A stretch of 64,000 nt of DNA. It comes from a virus. The translations under genes and the position numbers were made by a program. Positions 27,301-36,777 of this stretch are shown in pieces. The first letter of the stretch is position 1, and each line of letters begins with the position of its first letter. The DNA lies in IMG/VR virus record IMGVR_UViG_3300014720_000003, positions 32,001 through 96,000 of that record. One strand, 5' to 3'. Under the pieces are notes generated by a model, which saw only the letters and a list, made by a program, of their open reading frames with translations, ran no database searches and was not told the origin of the DNA.

Positions 27301-30300
27301 AGTTGGCGCTCCTGGTGGTACTGGTGGTGCTCCTCCTCCTTTACCCCCTAGGGGTGGTGGCGGTCCTCCTCCTTTACCCCCTAGGGGTGGTGGCGGTCCT
27401 CCTCCAGTGCCCCCCGGGTCGTCGTCCTCGTCCTCGTCGTCCCCAGCGCCTCCAGTTGATGGCATAGAGCAACAAAGAACAAGAGCAGAGAGAAGAGCTA
27501 AGCGTAGAAATATATCTTATGAAGATTTTATAGCAGAAAGTGAAGCTGCTGCTTTAAGTGGTGTTGCTAGTGGATCAGCCAGAGCAAAAGAAGATAGATT
27601 TGAAGAATTTTTAGGTGCTGGTTTATCTAATGAACAAGAATATAGAACAATGGCTCGTAGTGGAGATAAATCACAAGAGAAAAAATTAACATCAACACTC
27701 AAACAAGATATAGGAGCGGCTACTGGCTTAGAAGGAGCCGCATTAGACCAAGCAGTTAAAGATGTTATTGATAAGTTAAAAAATACATCTCAATCATTTG
27801 ATACTATCATCGAAAATAACGCCTCTATTATAGAAGCATCAAAAGAAGTTGAATCTGCAAAATCAAGAGCAGCCAAAGAATATGATAAATTAGTAGAAAC
27901 TCTTGGTAAAGAATTAACAGAAGAACAATTTGGTTCTAAAAAAGACTTTACTCGCAAGGCAGCTAGAGCAGAAAACAGAGATATTGTTAGCAGACAGATC
28001 GGGGAAAGATTTGGTAAGGGTGGAGCTGAAATAGCTAAATTTTTCCCCGGCATGGCGAGAAAATTCAATGAAAGTGGTACTGCTAATCGTTTAGCTGAAT
28101 TTGGTAAAATGTTTGAAACTGCTAATGTACAGAAAAAATTAGAGGGTGGATTAACATCCTTATTTAATAAAGTTGGTGGTGGTAAATTATTAGATAAAAT
28201 AGGGTTTGCAGGAGGCACTAAAGGCTTAGCTGGTATTGTAGGTAAACAGTTTGGCGGATTGGTTAATAAATTAGGTGGTCCAGCCACTGCTGCTGGTATG
28301 GCATTAAGTTTAGTTGGAGATAAATTACCAGATTTATATAATAGTTTAGATAGTACTTTTGGTACAAAACTAGGAAAGAGTACCGCTGCTGCTGGGGTGG
28401 CTGGAGCTATAGGAGGAGCCGGTCAAGGATTGGCTACTGGTGCAACTATTGGATCCATTTTTGGTCCTCCGGGAGCGGCCGTAGGTGCTGCTCTAGGAGC
28501 ACTTGTAGGCGCTATTAATGGAGCCAGAGACTCTATAGCAAATAAACGATTAGAAAATACATTAGATGCTCTCAAAACAACATCTGGTGATTTAGAAAAA
28601 GCATTCCAAAAACTAGAAGGTAGTTTTACTAAAGCAGATTTTGATAAAGTTAGCCAAGAATTTGGGAAAAGCTTAAAAGTGACCAGTGATTTAGAAGGCA
28701 TGGCAACAGCCAATACTTCATGGTTTAATCCTTTATCCTATTTACCAGGAGCCACAGGCTCAAAACAAAAAGCTGAAGCTCAAGAAGCACTCAGAGGTAA
28801 AACCCAAGCAGATGTAGCTAATATTGGTAGAATGGCATCAGCACAATATAGAACTATGTCTGATGCTGATTTTAATAAAATATATGAGCAAGGGATCAGG
28901 GGTGGAGAAACAGGTGCTAGTCAAGCTGATATAGCAGCAGCTGCTGAGTCTTCATTTATGGTAGAAGAATACAAAAAACAGGGTAGAGATGCATCAGAGG
29001 CATATTTAACATCTTATAGGGCAGAACAAGCTAGACTAGGTAAAAGTAGTTCTGAGATAGAAAAAGAAATCAGTGGAAATAGAGCCAAAGCTATCGAAGA
29101 AGGTAAAAAACTTGTTGCGGAACAACAGGCACAAATTCTTAAACAAATAGCATTAGCAAGAGCTACTAAAGCAGTACAAATAGCAGCAGAAGCCTTGACA
29201 CAAACTTTCAGAAAAATTAATGCAGCACTACAAAGATTTAGCGATGATATGCAAAATATGGATAATGTATTGCAAACAGAAATAGGAGATTTGACTGGTA
29301 ATGTTAGTATGGGTAAAGTTAACAGAACCCAAGAACAGGTATTAGGTAACATTAGTGGCTATTCCACACAAGAAGTACAAGCAGCTGCTGCAACAGCAGC
29401 AAGATTAGCTGGGGGTGGAGAGGCGGGTAAACGAGTAGAGCAGAGCGCTGTTGCGGCTAAAGTTCTACAAGATGAGTTACCAGATATTTTAAGGAGTACC
29501 GCTTCTGGCGCTGGAGCTGAGGATATAATCTCACGAGTAGAAGATACATTTAGTAAAATGAATATTAGTGGTGACACAGCCAAGCCAATTATTGATGAGT
29601 TAAGAAAGAAATTAGAAAGTGAAGCTGAGAGTGGAACTAGTTTCGCAGAAATTTCTAGTATGGATGCTTTAAGGATAGCAGGAGACTCAGCAGCACAGGG
29701 TTTAGAGACAGCTAAAAATATTCTTAAACAATTTAATGATACTTTACAAAAGAGTATTGATTATATTGATCAACAAAATAATTTAATACAACAAAGTTTA
29801 GATTATCAAAGAAAAGCCAATGATATTAGATTAAATGGTGAGTTACAATTAGCTAGAACTCTAGGTAAAGAATTATCATTAGATCAAATGAATGCGCCAG
29901 AAAATCAAACTATTCGCAGTATGACATCTGGTATTATTCCCGGTGGCACACTTGATCCAAGACAACTAGGTGAAGCTATTAGAAGCAATCAAGCTACTAT
30001 GGCTGCTGATGAAGCTAGATTAGCATCTCTGATGGCTCAAGGACCAGAATCAGGAGAACAAGCTGATATAGATAAATATCTTAGACAAGTTAATGATAGC
30101 ACTGCTAGTTTACAAAAAAATAAATTAGCACAAGCAGAAGCAACTAAAGCATTAAAACTGATGGCTGATAGTGGCCAAGCAGCATCTAATGCTCTAGAAG
30201 TAATGAATCGTAGAGCAGTAGCAACCACAGCTGGTGCTAATATGCTAGAAAAAATACTTACATCTGATCCAGAACAACTATTTGATATGCAGGGTCAATT

Positions 30301-33163
30301 TGCAGCAGCTCAAAAATTAGCAGCTGGCACCGCTACTCAAGAAGAATTACAAAGTACACAATTTAGACAACAAGGATTTGCTGGTCTTAATGAACTAACT
30401 GGTTTATTACCAGAAAGTATAAGAGGTAAAGTTAAAGCTAGCGCAATGAGACAATCTTTACAAGCAGGAGGTACTGATCTTAATCAAACTTTAGCAAGTT
30501 ATACAGATGAAAATGGTAAATTAGTTAAATTAAGTATTGAAGATGTTTTAAGAAAAATGGAAAAACCAGAAGAAGATCCAACAGTAAAAGCGTATAGAGA
30601 AGCTGTGGATAAACAAGCAGCAGCTAATGAAGAAATGGGTAAACTATTTGGTGCTGCTGCTGATAGACTTACACAAGCTCTTAATGATAATACAGCAGCT
30701 TTATCTGGCGATTTTCAAAGAAGAATTCAGGAAGCTGGACCTAAACAATTAGAAGCAGAGAAGAAAACAGCAGAAGCAACTAAGCCCACCACTAGTACAT
30801 CCGATAGTCCTGTTGGTGGAGCAGTTAAGAGTGCTGTTGATACTACCAGTCAAGCTAGTACTGTTTATGGTTTGGGCACACTACCACGAGATATTCGAGC
30901 GGGCGCAGCAGCTGGAAGTAGAGGAGATGCTTTTGTTTCGGGCGTGCTAAATAAAGGTAAAAAAGTGTCTGGAGCGGTTCGAGGAGCAGCATCAGGAACA
31001 GTATCTAAATATGCAGGAATAGCTAAAGATATGTTGTCCACAGCAAGAGGAAGTTATGCTGCTGAAATGTCTCCTTTTGCGGATGAAGCTTCGGCCGCTT
31101 TTGGTAAAACTGGTAAAGTAGCATCAAAAGGAGGAGAATATGCGGCAAAAACAGTTAAAACAGTTAAAGGTTTGTTTGGTGGCTTAAAAGATGTGGGGTT
31201 AGGTGCTGTTAGAGGAGCGGCTCAAACACCAGCAGCTCAACAAGCTCTTAAATTCGGATCAGATGTGGTACAAACAGCTAAATCTAGCACCGTTGGTAAA
31301 GCAGCAACCGGTTTATATGATGTTGCTAAGGGTGGACTCACAGGAGCAGTAGATGCGGCTAAAAAAACAGGAGCAGGCAAATATGTTGCTGGATTAGTAG
31401 GCAAAGCAAAAGATGCTGGTGGATTAGGCGGACTCTTATCTGGAACTTCTAAACAAGGAGGTAAATTATTAGGAAGTGCTGGATCTATGCTCTCTGGTGT
31501 GGCCAAAAATCCTCTGGTTGGTACCGCATTAAAAGGCGCTAGTAAAATATTGGGTCCTCTTGGCCTAGTATTAGGTGCAGGAAGCGCTATGGCAGAAAAA
31601 GGAGAAGTTAAAAAAGATGGTAAGCAACGAGGAATGATCGAAAAGGGCTTATTGGGTATGTTCACGGGGGGACAAGATTCTTCTCAACAAAGTATGATTG
31701 GTCGTATGTTAGGAGCGAAACAAGGAAGCACTCTGGATAAAGCTGGTGCTATTGGTGGAGCCGCATTATCAGGAGCCGCTACAGGGGCCACGATTGGTTC
31801 GTTCATTCCCGTTATAGGTACCGCTATAGGAGCTGGTGTGGGTGGTTTAATAGGAGCTGGTTTGGAGGGATACAAACAATATACTGGTGGTGGTAAACAA
31901 AAACCATCAACCACAGCTCGTTCCAAAGCCGTAGAAAAACAAGTAAAAACAGCAGCAGTAATGGGTACTACCCCAACAGAACCAACAACCGCCTCTGCCG
32001 AAAAAGGTTTAGTTGAAGCCAGAACTAGTTTAATGGAGTCTCAACAAGAACAAGCAGCAACAAACCAACAAATCGGTCCCGCACAACCCACAGATAATAG
32101 AGCAGCATCTTTAATGGCACCATACCAAGAGCCATTAACAGGAACCCTATCACCATCATCAACACCTTCTCCACCCGCCACAACAACCCAGCCTAATGGC
32201 ACTGATATGGCCCGTAAAAGATTTGAGGAACGAGCCGCGTATCTTAGAAGTTGGGGTATGCCAACAGAGCCACTCCCCGATAATGCCCCATCAACTCCGG
32301 CCTCACCAGGAATGGAACCAGATATTTTTGTAAGAAAAAGAGCAGAAGCAGAAGCTCAAGCATTACAAGAAGAAATTAGTAGAATGGAATCTTCAATTAG
32401 TGGTAAACAAAGTGAAATATCGGGTTTTGAAAAGAAGGCCGTATACGAAAGACGCGCCAAAATGGGTGCTGGTACATATAAAAAGGGTGTGCCAACAACT
32501 TCCGAAGCGGCCGCAGCATCCGCCAAAGCTGATATTGAAACTATTAATGCTGAGATGGAAGAAAAACGTAAACAGCTAAAGGCTGCTCAAGACAGAGCAT
32601 CTAGTGCTATGAGGCCAGTCGCTAAACCCGTGGAAACATCATCGACTACTACAACCAATCCAGAATTTGCCGCTTTCGCAGCAGATTCGGCCGCTAGAAG
32701 ACAGCAGCCTGCGTCCGATATGTTAACCACAATCAGACAAGCACAACCCACAACCGCTCTTGCTACACAAGGACCAATACCAGCACCACTAGGGACCACG
32801 CCAGTAGCCAGAACAGCAACAGCATCCGCCGGAACTCAACAGGGTGATACTCAACAAATGATGGCTAATGTATTAACATTAGATGATCAATCAAGACAAT
32901 TTTTAGAGAGTTTTGGTACTATACTTAATAATTTTGGAACTTATGTGGATAAACTAGCTACTATTAATATTCCTAAGATTCCAGAAAAAATAGAGATGCA
33001 AGGCAATCATGTGGTGGATGTTCGTATCACTGGAGCAGCAGCTTTTGAGGGATTAAAGAAAGATTTTGGCAATATGATTCAAGCTGAAATTAGTAAAAAG
33101 ATGAATAAAATATGGGTTCAATCTAATGGTCAGTATGGAGAAGCAGAAGGACAGAAAACATAA
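21314..33163 (+). CDS. tape measure protein (3949 aa) with embedded enzyme-like domains
   Basis: TP901-type N-terminal core (LAQAG; RESAETIATGLRTIFTRI), Gly/Ala-rich hydrophobic segments, long helical stretches; GAAGGAG RBS. Confidence 0.9.
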   Translation: MAQAFNLTAQINLQGPSAAAIKPIVADIKRQLGSATVDVKIKIPPKAAASIDVVTKKLQAMNGVLSEAQLNANNLSSALSSLSSSFQNLNSNASKTQSSVANTASSVKATSNTIKVASSRMEEFGKQSSLAVKRFAAFSLAAGPIYALINAVNSAFKAFISFDKQLVKLQQVTGQGAIGIKDLEKTITNLSINLGISSEGLIEVASTLAQAGLTADDTRIALAALAKTDLAPSFDDITETTEGAIAAMRQFGLEASDLEAVLGSINAVAAAFAVESRDIITAIQRTGGVFASASKGVSEGADALNEFIAVFTSVRATTRESAETIATGLRTIFTRIQRGSTIKQLKQFGIELTDLEGKFVGPYEAIKRLSEGLKSLDPRDLRFSQIVEELGGFRQIGKVIPLIQQFGEAQKALGVAQRGQGSLTEAQIKAQQSLANQLARVREQFLALIRDIGQSSVFQGLFKIVTSLTSGFISLAGAFKPILPILGLMGVVKGASALTQFASGFFGGVSKGGGAKQVGQSYGESISGAKEKERTEATSKAADAIRSNTDAIKSLTSAIESLEFSILDIYTAPPTTKNSGGKILAFARGGVVPGQGNRDTVPAMLQPGEFVIRKKAVETIGANRLHKMNKYAKGGPVKLKELAREDSSIESGYNNKIQSNDQVSASINRKQFDFDANQTSPINWKTLAKRIEERYQGGESYFKAQGHAFEESIVNLLGREAKRTADIANYGADYPIDIISGNKVAEVKFTKKIHDDNTYLSKLVRHHIQQQSLSKYPFTSKFDPDVGIGSIDVFEMASNAKDQFQKWYNTTWSQKKNIGGLIQKFAEGSPGGIRLPSGKGRGRKGKLGRRDRFISPTEGGLPGIEKYLDWAKQIYAEYDADPSLVKASYMGVSMPPEIALADYLLAQYALETGGAGLRVGKEFVRVPADKITDELKKDLIPDPTDPTQMGFYKDKIARFLLKEKKTKSSQQSTTRGLKKTEGALTFSAAGLQRGPRAPAGQAALKLAEYEQDPEYRKEMGLDAAKIPFLQQFEKAAKTEQFLSPKALLEKFPQAKSQLEQLQSSIQTELSRTTDAKIQKSLTDQLRKVTTALSDFDNYIGGALPKNAGRASHFAWAMRQAVPGSAEFANGGLVQKFVDGGEPEPISTPRSITEIIKLVQELGTSSRIKSLIGTGKIIQEASAVGVRGVLPKRILDLDFLKSDKVTPFIPTIDKLLDLALIEDAKVKREDDFRLSPEEIASARPVGIVGFRSNLKDLMPYYRKRKGKNPIRVYTGILQPTDYADVEQLWREYYESQMKAAGNIASRRGQSAMSISEVDRKTFGIANAQGYDVEMILAALGSTGGKRSSQDAIDFASGLSPLAADVFGIPAGIPTQAKLTVTSDSITDAIDGIVKTFFFGGKVNPLAKKYGLSQKEFEQVQKLASAMGLDQAGLEQQVQRAAARKQKGKDIKFGLLDTQAELMASDTIRTQEEAALQEFMKAQGFAVGGAVKLYHGTTTGTNDSILKSFQEQGGMSGIAQGYGQGAGLFLYTDRDRAVKQAQMRVSGGGFGTVTSGDTSGRPMVVTFSEILDPKNFDLDYELEKGLIIKWLTSNYDQIKDKLNPTKDLGGIVDIITENRSQGIMSSGIVTKTASQGLKEIYAGSPSNITEGAIISQIISRLRTADPELVDAFESKLFEKPMGLVLKYIGESALRPISLEPFAKGGSAKDTVPALLTPGEFVINKQAAQKIGYSKLNKMNKADKIQGFNKGGAVGNIRRFFEGGKAEKDVERAQGEVIKDVSHALETVSEIISSLPAHIQQALKNTQIESLRPGQRLSLQGGSGPEFREGQRGVAVTSEAGSTAIGLKIGKGILSSIKGLFGIKTKDAATTETVAHETGHLADAAVSSQAGMNTFASETKGTFQFDVVEKVKPVMEKAFLNAGYSAEWIAKYLASNKELFAEFFAKASPAVRNILTSTIDSEQGMKMLAEELARTGSTYAGLQASDIVPQVGPGTPIPQVGAPGGTGGAPPPLPPRGGGGPPPLPPRGGGGPPPVPPGSSSSSSSSPAPPVDGIEQQRTRAERRAKRRNISYEDFIAESEAAALSGVASGSARAKEDRFEEFLGAGLSNEQEYRTMARSGDKSQEKKLTSTLKQDIGAATGLEGAALDQAVKDVIDKLKNTSQSFDTIIENNASIIEASKEVESAKSRAAKEYDKLVETLGKELTEEQFGSKKDFTRKAARAENRDIVSRQIGERFGKGGAEIAKFFPGMARKFNESGTANRLAEFGKMFETANVQKKLEGGLTSLFNKVGGGKLLDKIGFAGGTKGLAGIVGKQFGGLVNKLGGPATAAGMALSLVGDKLPDLYNSLDSTFGTKLGKSTAAAGVAGAIGGAGQGLATGATIGSIFGPPGAAVGAALGALVGAINGARDSIANKRLENTLDALKTTSGDLEKAFQKLEGSFTKADFDKVSQEFGKSLKVTSDLEGMATANTSWFNPLSYLPGATGSKQKAEAQEALRGKTQADVANIGRMASAQYRTMSDADFNKIYEQGIRGGETGASQADIAAAAESSFMVEEYKKQGRDASEAYLTSYRAEQARLGKSSSEIEKEISGNRAKAIEEGKKLVAEQQAQILKQIALARATKAVQIAAEALTQTFRKINAALQRFSDDMQNMDNVLQTEIGDLTGNVSMGKVNRTQEQVLGNISGYSTQEVQAAAATAARLAGGGEAGKRVEQSAVAAKVLQDELPDILRSTASGAGAEDIISRVEDTFSKMNISGDTAKPIIDELRKKLESEAESGTSFAEISSMDALRIAGDSAAQGLETAKNILKQFNDTLQKSIDYIDQQNNLIQQSLDYQRKANDIRLNGELQLARTLGKELSLDQMNAPENQTIRSMTSGIIPGGTLDPRQLGEAIRSNQATMAADEARLASLMAQGPESGEQADIDKYLRQVNDSTASLQKNKLAQAEATKALKLMADSGQAASNALEVMNRRAVATTAGANMLEKILTSDPEQLFDMQGQFAAAQKLAAGTATQEELQSTQFRQQGFAGLNELTGLLPESIRGKVKASAMRQSLQAGGTDLNQTLASYTDENGKLVKLSIEDVLRKMEKPEEDPTVKAYREAVDKQAAANEEMGKLFGAAADRLTQALNDNTAALSGDFQRRIQEAGPKQLEAEKKTAEATKPTTSTSDSPVGGAVKSAVDTTSQASTVYGLGTLPRDIRAGAAAGSRGDAFVSGVLNKGKKVSGAVRGAASGTVSKYAGIAKDMLSTARGSYAAEMSPFADEASAAFGKTGKVASKGGEYAAKTVKTVKGLFGGLKDVGLGAVRGAAQTPAAQQALKFGSDVVQTAKSSTVGKAATGLYDVAKGGLTGAVDAAKKTGAGKYVAGLVGKAKDAGGLGGLLSGTSKQGGKLLGSAGSMLSGVAKNPLVGTALKGASKILGPLGLVLGAGSAMAEKGEVKKDGKQRGMIEKGLLGMFTGGQDSSQQSMIGRMLGAKQGSTLDKAGAIGGAALSGAATGATIGSFIPVIGTAIGAGVGGLIGAGLEGYKQYTGGGKQKPSTTARSKAVEKQVKTAAVMGTTPTEPTTASAEKGLVEARTSLMESQQEQAATNQQIGPAQPTDNRAASLMAPYQEPLTGTLSPSSTPSPPATTTQPNGTDMARKRFEERAAYLRSWGMPTEPLPDNAPSTPASPGMEPDIFVRKRAEAEAQALQEEISRMESSISGKQSEISGFEKKAVYERRAKMGAGTYKKGVPTTSEAAAASAKADIETINAEMEEKRKQLKAAQDRASSAMRPVAKPVETSSTTTTNPEFAAFAADSAARRQQPASDMLTTIRQAQPTTALATQGPIPAPLGTTPVARTATASAGTQQGDTQQMMANVLTLDDQSRQFLESFGTILNNFGTYVDKLATINIPKIPEKIEMQGNHVVDVRITGAAAFEGLKKDFGNMIQAEISKKMNKIWVQSNGQYGEAEGQKT
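27331..27405 (+). repeat. 33-bp exact tandem repeat (2.3 copies) encoding PPPLPPRGGGG
   Basis: tcctcctcctttaccccctaggggtggtggcgg x2, plus a partial copy. Confidence 0.95.
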
Positions 33164-34923
33164 TGGCATACGAAAGCAATCTTAAAGTATACTACTGTGC
33201 TCAGTCTAGTAGTCCGAGCGACTCTAATAGAATTGTTCCGGCTCCTATGCTCACTATTAATCCTGAAATTTATTATGCTAATGATAGTGTTATAGGATAT
33301 ACTTATATTATTACTCTCAAAGGATACGCCAATGCCTTAAGATTAGAAGATAATTCTAGACCAGTTGGACAACCTAATTATGGCGCTAATCAAACCATAG
33401 GTCACATGGATGATATTAGAAATATTTTTAATTTTAATGGTGGAAATTTGCATGTTAAGAGTGGATCTTCCACAGTATTATTAGCTAAGGGTGGTACTAT
33501 TAAAAGTATAAATTTTGATCAGTCAGACAATTTTTGGGTAAATTATTCTCAATTCACCATAGAGATTGAATTTAATGAAATTGATATGACTGGTTGTTCT
33601 AATAATTCAGCTATAGCATGTAACAGTAGTTTTTTTCATACCCCAAATCAATCAAATAATGAATATACATCCGATAATTTAGTGGATATGAAAAAATTTA
33701 AGATCAAAGAGTTTTCTGATAAATGGTCAATATCTATTGATGATCAAATCTATGATAACTACCAAGACTTTTATAATAGTAACTTTAAAGTAACATATAC
33801 TCTATCTGCTACTGGTAAAAATTACTATAATAACGATCAGTTTGTGCCAGCTTGGGAACAAGCTAAATTATTTGTCCAAGATAGGCTATATACCCAAGTC
33901 AATGGATTAATTAATGGTATACTAGTAATGACTGGTCAATCTAACACCAATTATGATGGATGTCTTCCAGGTAAAAAGCTATCTGAAATTCATGCTGTGT
34001 CAACAGATGGTGGCATTATGGATGCTTTTGATACTCCTAAAAACGGAGGTAATAAATATCAGGTTCATAATGAGATTATAACTTGTGAAACATCAGAATC
34101 CGATGGATCTTTTTCTATTACATATAATGCTATTTTAAAAAGACATAATCCATCATTTAGTAAATCTCAAAATTCATGCATACATACTTATACAAAAAGT
34201 ATTAGTTATGATGCTTCTAATCAGGTTACTATTAATATTCAGGGTACTTTACAAGGATTAGTACAAGGTGGATTTATATATGAAAAAGATGTTGAATTTA
34301 CTCTACCTAAAAACGGCACTTTTATTACGAGACACGATGGAGAAGAAACCAAATATAGCAATGCTTTAGCTTTTTATAATTCTAGGATAGGAATTATTGG
34401 TGGAGATCTAATGGATAGCTTAAAACAAACACTCAATATTACTAAAAGTGCTTTGCTTATAAGTAACCCAACCACTGGCTATCCAGTTGCTCAAAGCTTT
34501 ACACTAGATCATGATTATCATGAAGGATCAATAACATATACTGCTGTTTATGATACTAAATCAACGGAAAGTAATGATATGGGTTATACAAATATTAGTA
34601 TAGTAAGAAAAGATCCTGTTCAAATGACCCAAGAATTTATTATACCTGGTAGGGTTAGTGGTCCTATTATTCAAAAATTAAGAATGTTTACACCACTCAC
34701 AATTTCTATTAATATAGATGGTGCTCATCCTAGCAATAAAAGTTGTGGTACTGGATGGTGTAATGCTGATCCTATTAATACTATTGCTAATATTGCATCA
34801 CTAAGAACACTCACAGGAGATACTTGGATCAAAACTAAAGATGATACAACTGTTAATTCTATCGATGGATCTTTTAGTATTAATTTAGAGTATATGTGCA
34901 AAAATAATCAACCTCTATGTTAG
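33163..34923 (+). CDS. tail-tip/distal tail protein, paralogue 1
   Basis: Follows TMP; beta-rich; paralogous to the next gene. Confidence 0.6.
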   Translation: MAYESNLKVYYCAQSSSPSDSNRIVPAPMLTINPEIYYANDSVIGYTYIITLKGYANALRLEDNSRPVGQPNYGANQTIGHMDDIRNIFNFNGGNLHVKSGSSTVLLAKGGTIKSINFDQSDNFWVNYSQFTIEIEFNEIDMTGCSNNSAIACNSSFFHTPNQSNNEYTSDNLVDMKKFKIKEFSDKWSISIDDQIYDNYQDFYNSNFKVTYTLSATGKNYYNNDQFVPAWEQAKLFVQDRLYTQVNGLINGILVMTGQSNTNYDGCLPGKKLSEIHAVSTDGGIMDAFDTPKNGGNKYQVHNEIITCETSESDGSFSITYNAILKRHNPSFSKSQNSCIHTYTKSISYDASNQVTINIQGTLQGLVQGGFIYEKDVEFTLPKNGTFITRHDGEETKYSNALAFYNSRIGIIGGDLMDSLKQTLNITKSALLISNPTTGYPVAQSFTLDHDYHEGSITYTAVYDTKSTESNDMGYTNISIVRKDPVQMTQEFIIPGRVSGPIIQKLRMFTPLTISINIDGAHPSNKSCGTGWCNADPINTIANIASLRTLTGDTWIKTKDDTTVNSIDGSFSINLEYMCKNNQPLC

Positions 34924-34932
34924 TGATATATT

Positions 34933-36768
34933 ATGAGTTATATATATAGTCCTGAAACTAAAATGTTCTATGGTCCACAAGATGCTGATCATAGATTAGT
35001 TCCAGCCCCAATGATTAGTATCAATAAAGAAAATATATATAGTAACGATACAATTATAGGATTTACATACACTATAGACTTTACAGGTTATGCTACCGCA
35101 CTGGACTTAAGGAATATTAATGGCTCATACGACCCCAATTCTTTACCGTATAATACGGGAAGTGTTGTTGATCATATTCATAAATTACGCAAAATCCTGA
35201 GTCAAAATGGTAATATTCTAGTAGTAGTAGATAGTAGTAGTAATATTATGCTCAAAGCAAAGGGAGGTATATTAAGATCATTTAATATTGATGAATCAAA
35301 TAATAACTGGATCCACTTTGCCAACTATACAGCATCTATCGAATTTAGTTCAGTAGAATTTCTGGGTGCTTCATGGCAAACTTATACAACAGAAGATTGT
35401 GGTAGTATACATCTTAAGGATGGATCATATCCAGATAATAATGACGATGGTACAGTTAATATTCAAAAATTTAAAATCAAAAGCTATACTGATAGTTGGT
35501 CAATTAATTTTGATGAAAACGCAGCTTTTAATAGGGTGAAGAAAAGAGACGATGCTTCTACTATGTTAAATATTGATAATCATGGTTTTGATATTGAGTA
35601 TACTATTTCTGCTGTTGGTAAACACCATTTTGTTTATAGTAATGAAACCACCAATGCATCTAAATTATTACCAGCATGGGAACAAGCTAAAAATTTTGTT
35701 CAGTATAGATTATATAATCAGGTCACTAATCTATTAGATAAAGTATTAAAGAATACTGCTAATGATGGTTGTGACTCTACATCCACCCCCAGCACAGCGC
35801 ATGTTCCAGGATCAGCCGTGGGTAATAATGGATTATTAAAAAATATAGGAGATAGTAAATATAAAATATTTAATGAGAATATATCGTGTGATGTTTCAGA
35901 ATCAGATGGCTCTTTTTCTGCAACATATAGTGCAACTATTAAAAATAACACTGTATCAGATTATAGTACCGCAGAAACTAAACACACAGTTAAAAAATCA
36001 TTCAATATTACTAATCAAAATAATACCAAAGCTGTTGGACTAACTATTAGTGGTACTATAGAGGGTCTACTAGAGGGTGGTATTATTAATAGCTCATCAC
36101 CCATTGAGTTGCCTGATAGTGGTTCTATTCTAATATATAAAAATAATAATGATACTAAATATGATAATGCTAAAGTACTTCTAGATAAAATATTTAAAGA
36201 AACAGAATATAATGCAGGTTTTGGTGCTAGTGGTAAAAAAGATTTGATCAAAGCATTTAAAGATAGTCTCGGTGTAACACTAACAGCTCTGGGTCTAAGT
36301 CCTGCTCCCGATGATCCTGTTAGTGATCCTCCTCACCCAATATCATTTAACTTGACACATGACTATAATACTGGTACTATAAATTATACGGTAGAGTATA
36401 GTAGTGATACTTTGGCGTGTGGTCGTAAATACCAAGAAATTAGTATTCAAACTAATAATCCGGTCAAAGTTATAGCTCCATTTAATATACCATTAAGTGA
36501 TAAAGGCCCATTAATACAAGAATTAGGAACACAAACAGCAAAAACTGTAACAGTAACTATCAACGGTTCGGATCTATCAGCACAAGGAAAACCAAGACCA
36601 ATGGATTTATTGAGTGAATTAAATTGTAATGCTAATTATTTACCAATTACTCTACCTAATATTAATGGTATAAAAACTAATCAAGAATATACTAGAAATA
36701 TTCTAGATGGGTCGTATACTATTAATTTATCATATATTTGTGATAATAATGGATGTTTAATATCTTAG
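34933..36768 (+). CDS. tail-tip/distal tail protein, paralogue 2
   Basis: Shares VPAPM, AKGG, KFKIK, PAWEQAK.FVQ.RLY.QV, SESDGSFS and F.L.HDY with the previous gene. Confidence 0.6.
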   Translation: MSYIYSPETKMFYGPQDADHRLVPAPMISINKENIYSNDTIIGFTYTIDFTGYATALDLRNINGSYDPNSLPYNTGSVVDHIHKLRKILSQNGNILVVVDSSSNIMLKAKGGILRSFNIDESNNNWIHFANYTASIEFSSVEFLGASWQTYTTEDCGSIHLKDGSYPDNNDDGTVNIQKFKIKSYTDSWSINFDENAAFNRVKKRDDASTMLNIDNHGFDIEYTISAVGKHHFVYSNETTNASKLLPAWEQAKNFVQYRLYNQVTNLLDKVLKNTANDGCDSTSTPSTAHVPGSAVGNNGLLKNIGDSKYKIFNENISCDVSESDGSFSATYSATIKNNTVSDYSTAETKHTVKKSFNITNQNNTKAVGLTISGTIEGLLEGGIINSSSPIELPDSGSILIYKNNNDTKYDNAKVLLDKIFKETEYNAGFGASGKKDLIKAFKDSLGVTLTALGLSPAPDDPVSDPPHPISFNLTHDYNTGTINYTVEYSSDTLACGRKYQEISIQTNNPVKVIAPFNIPLSDKGPLIQELGTQTAKTVTVTINGSDLSAQGKPRPMDLLSELNCNANYLPITLPNINGIKTNQEYTRNILDGSYTINLSYICDNNGCLIS

Positions 36769-36777
36769 GAAACTATT

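Noticed and set aside
21340-32799. Long antisense ORFs within the TMP
   Set aside because: Expected by-product of Gly/Ala-rich biased codons; low-complexity translations with no RBS.
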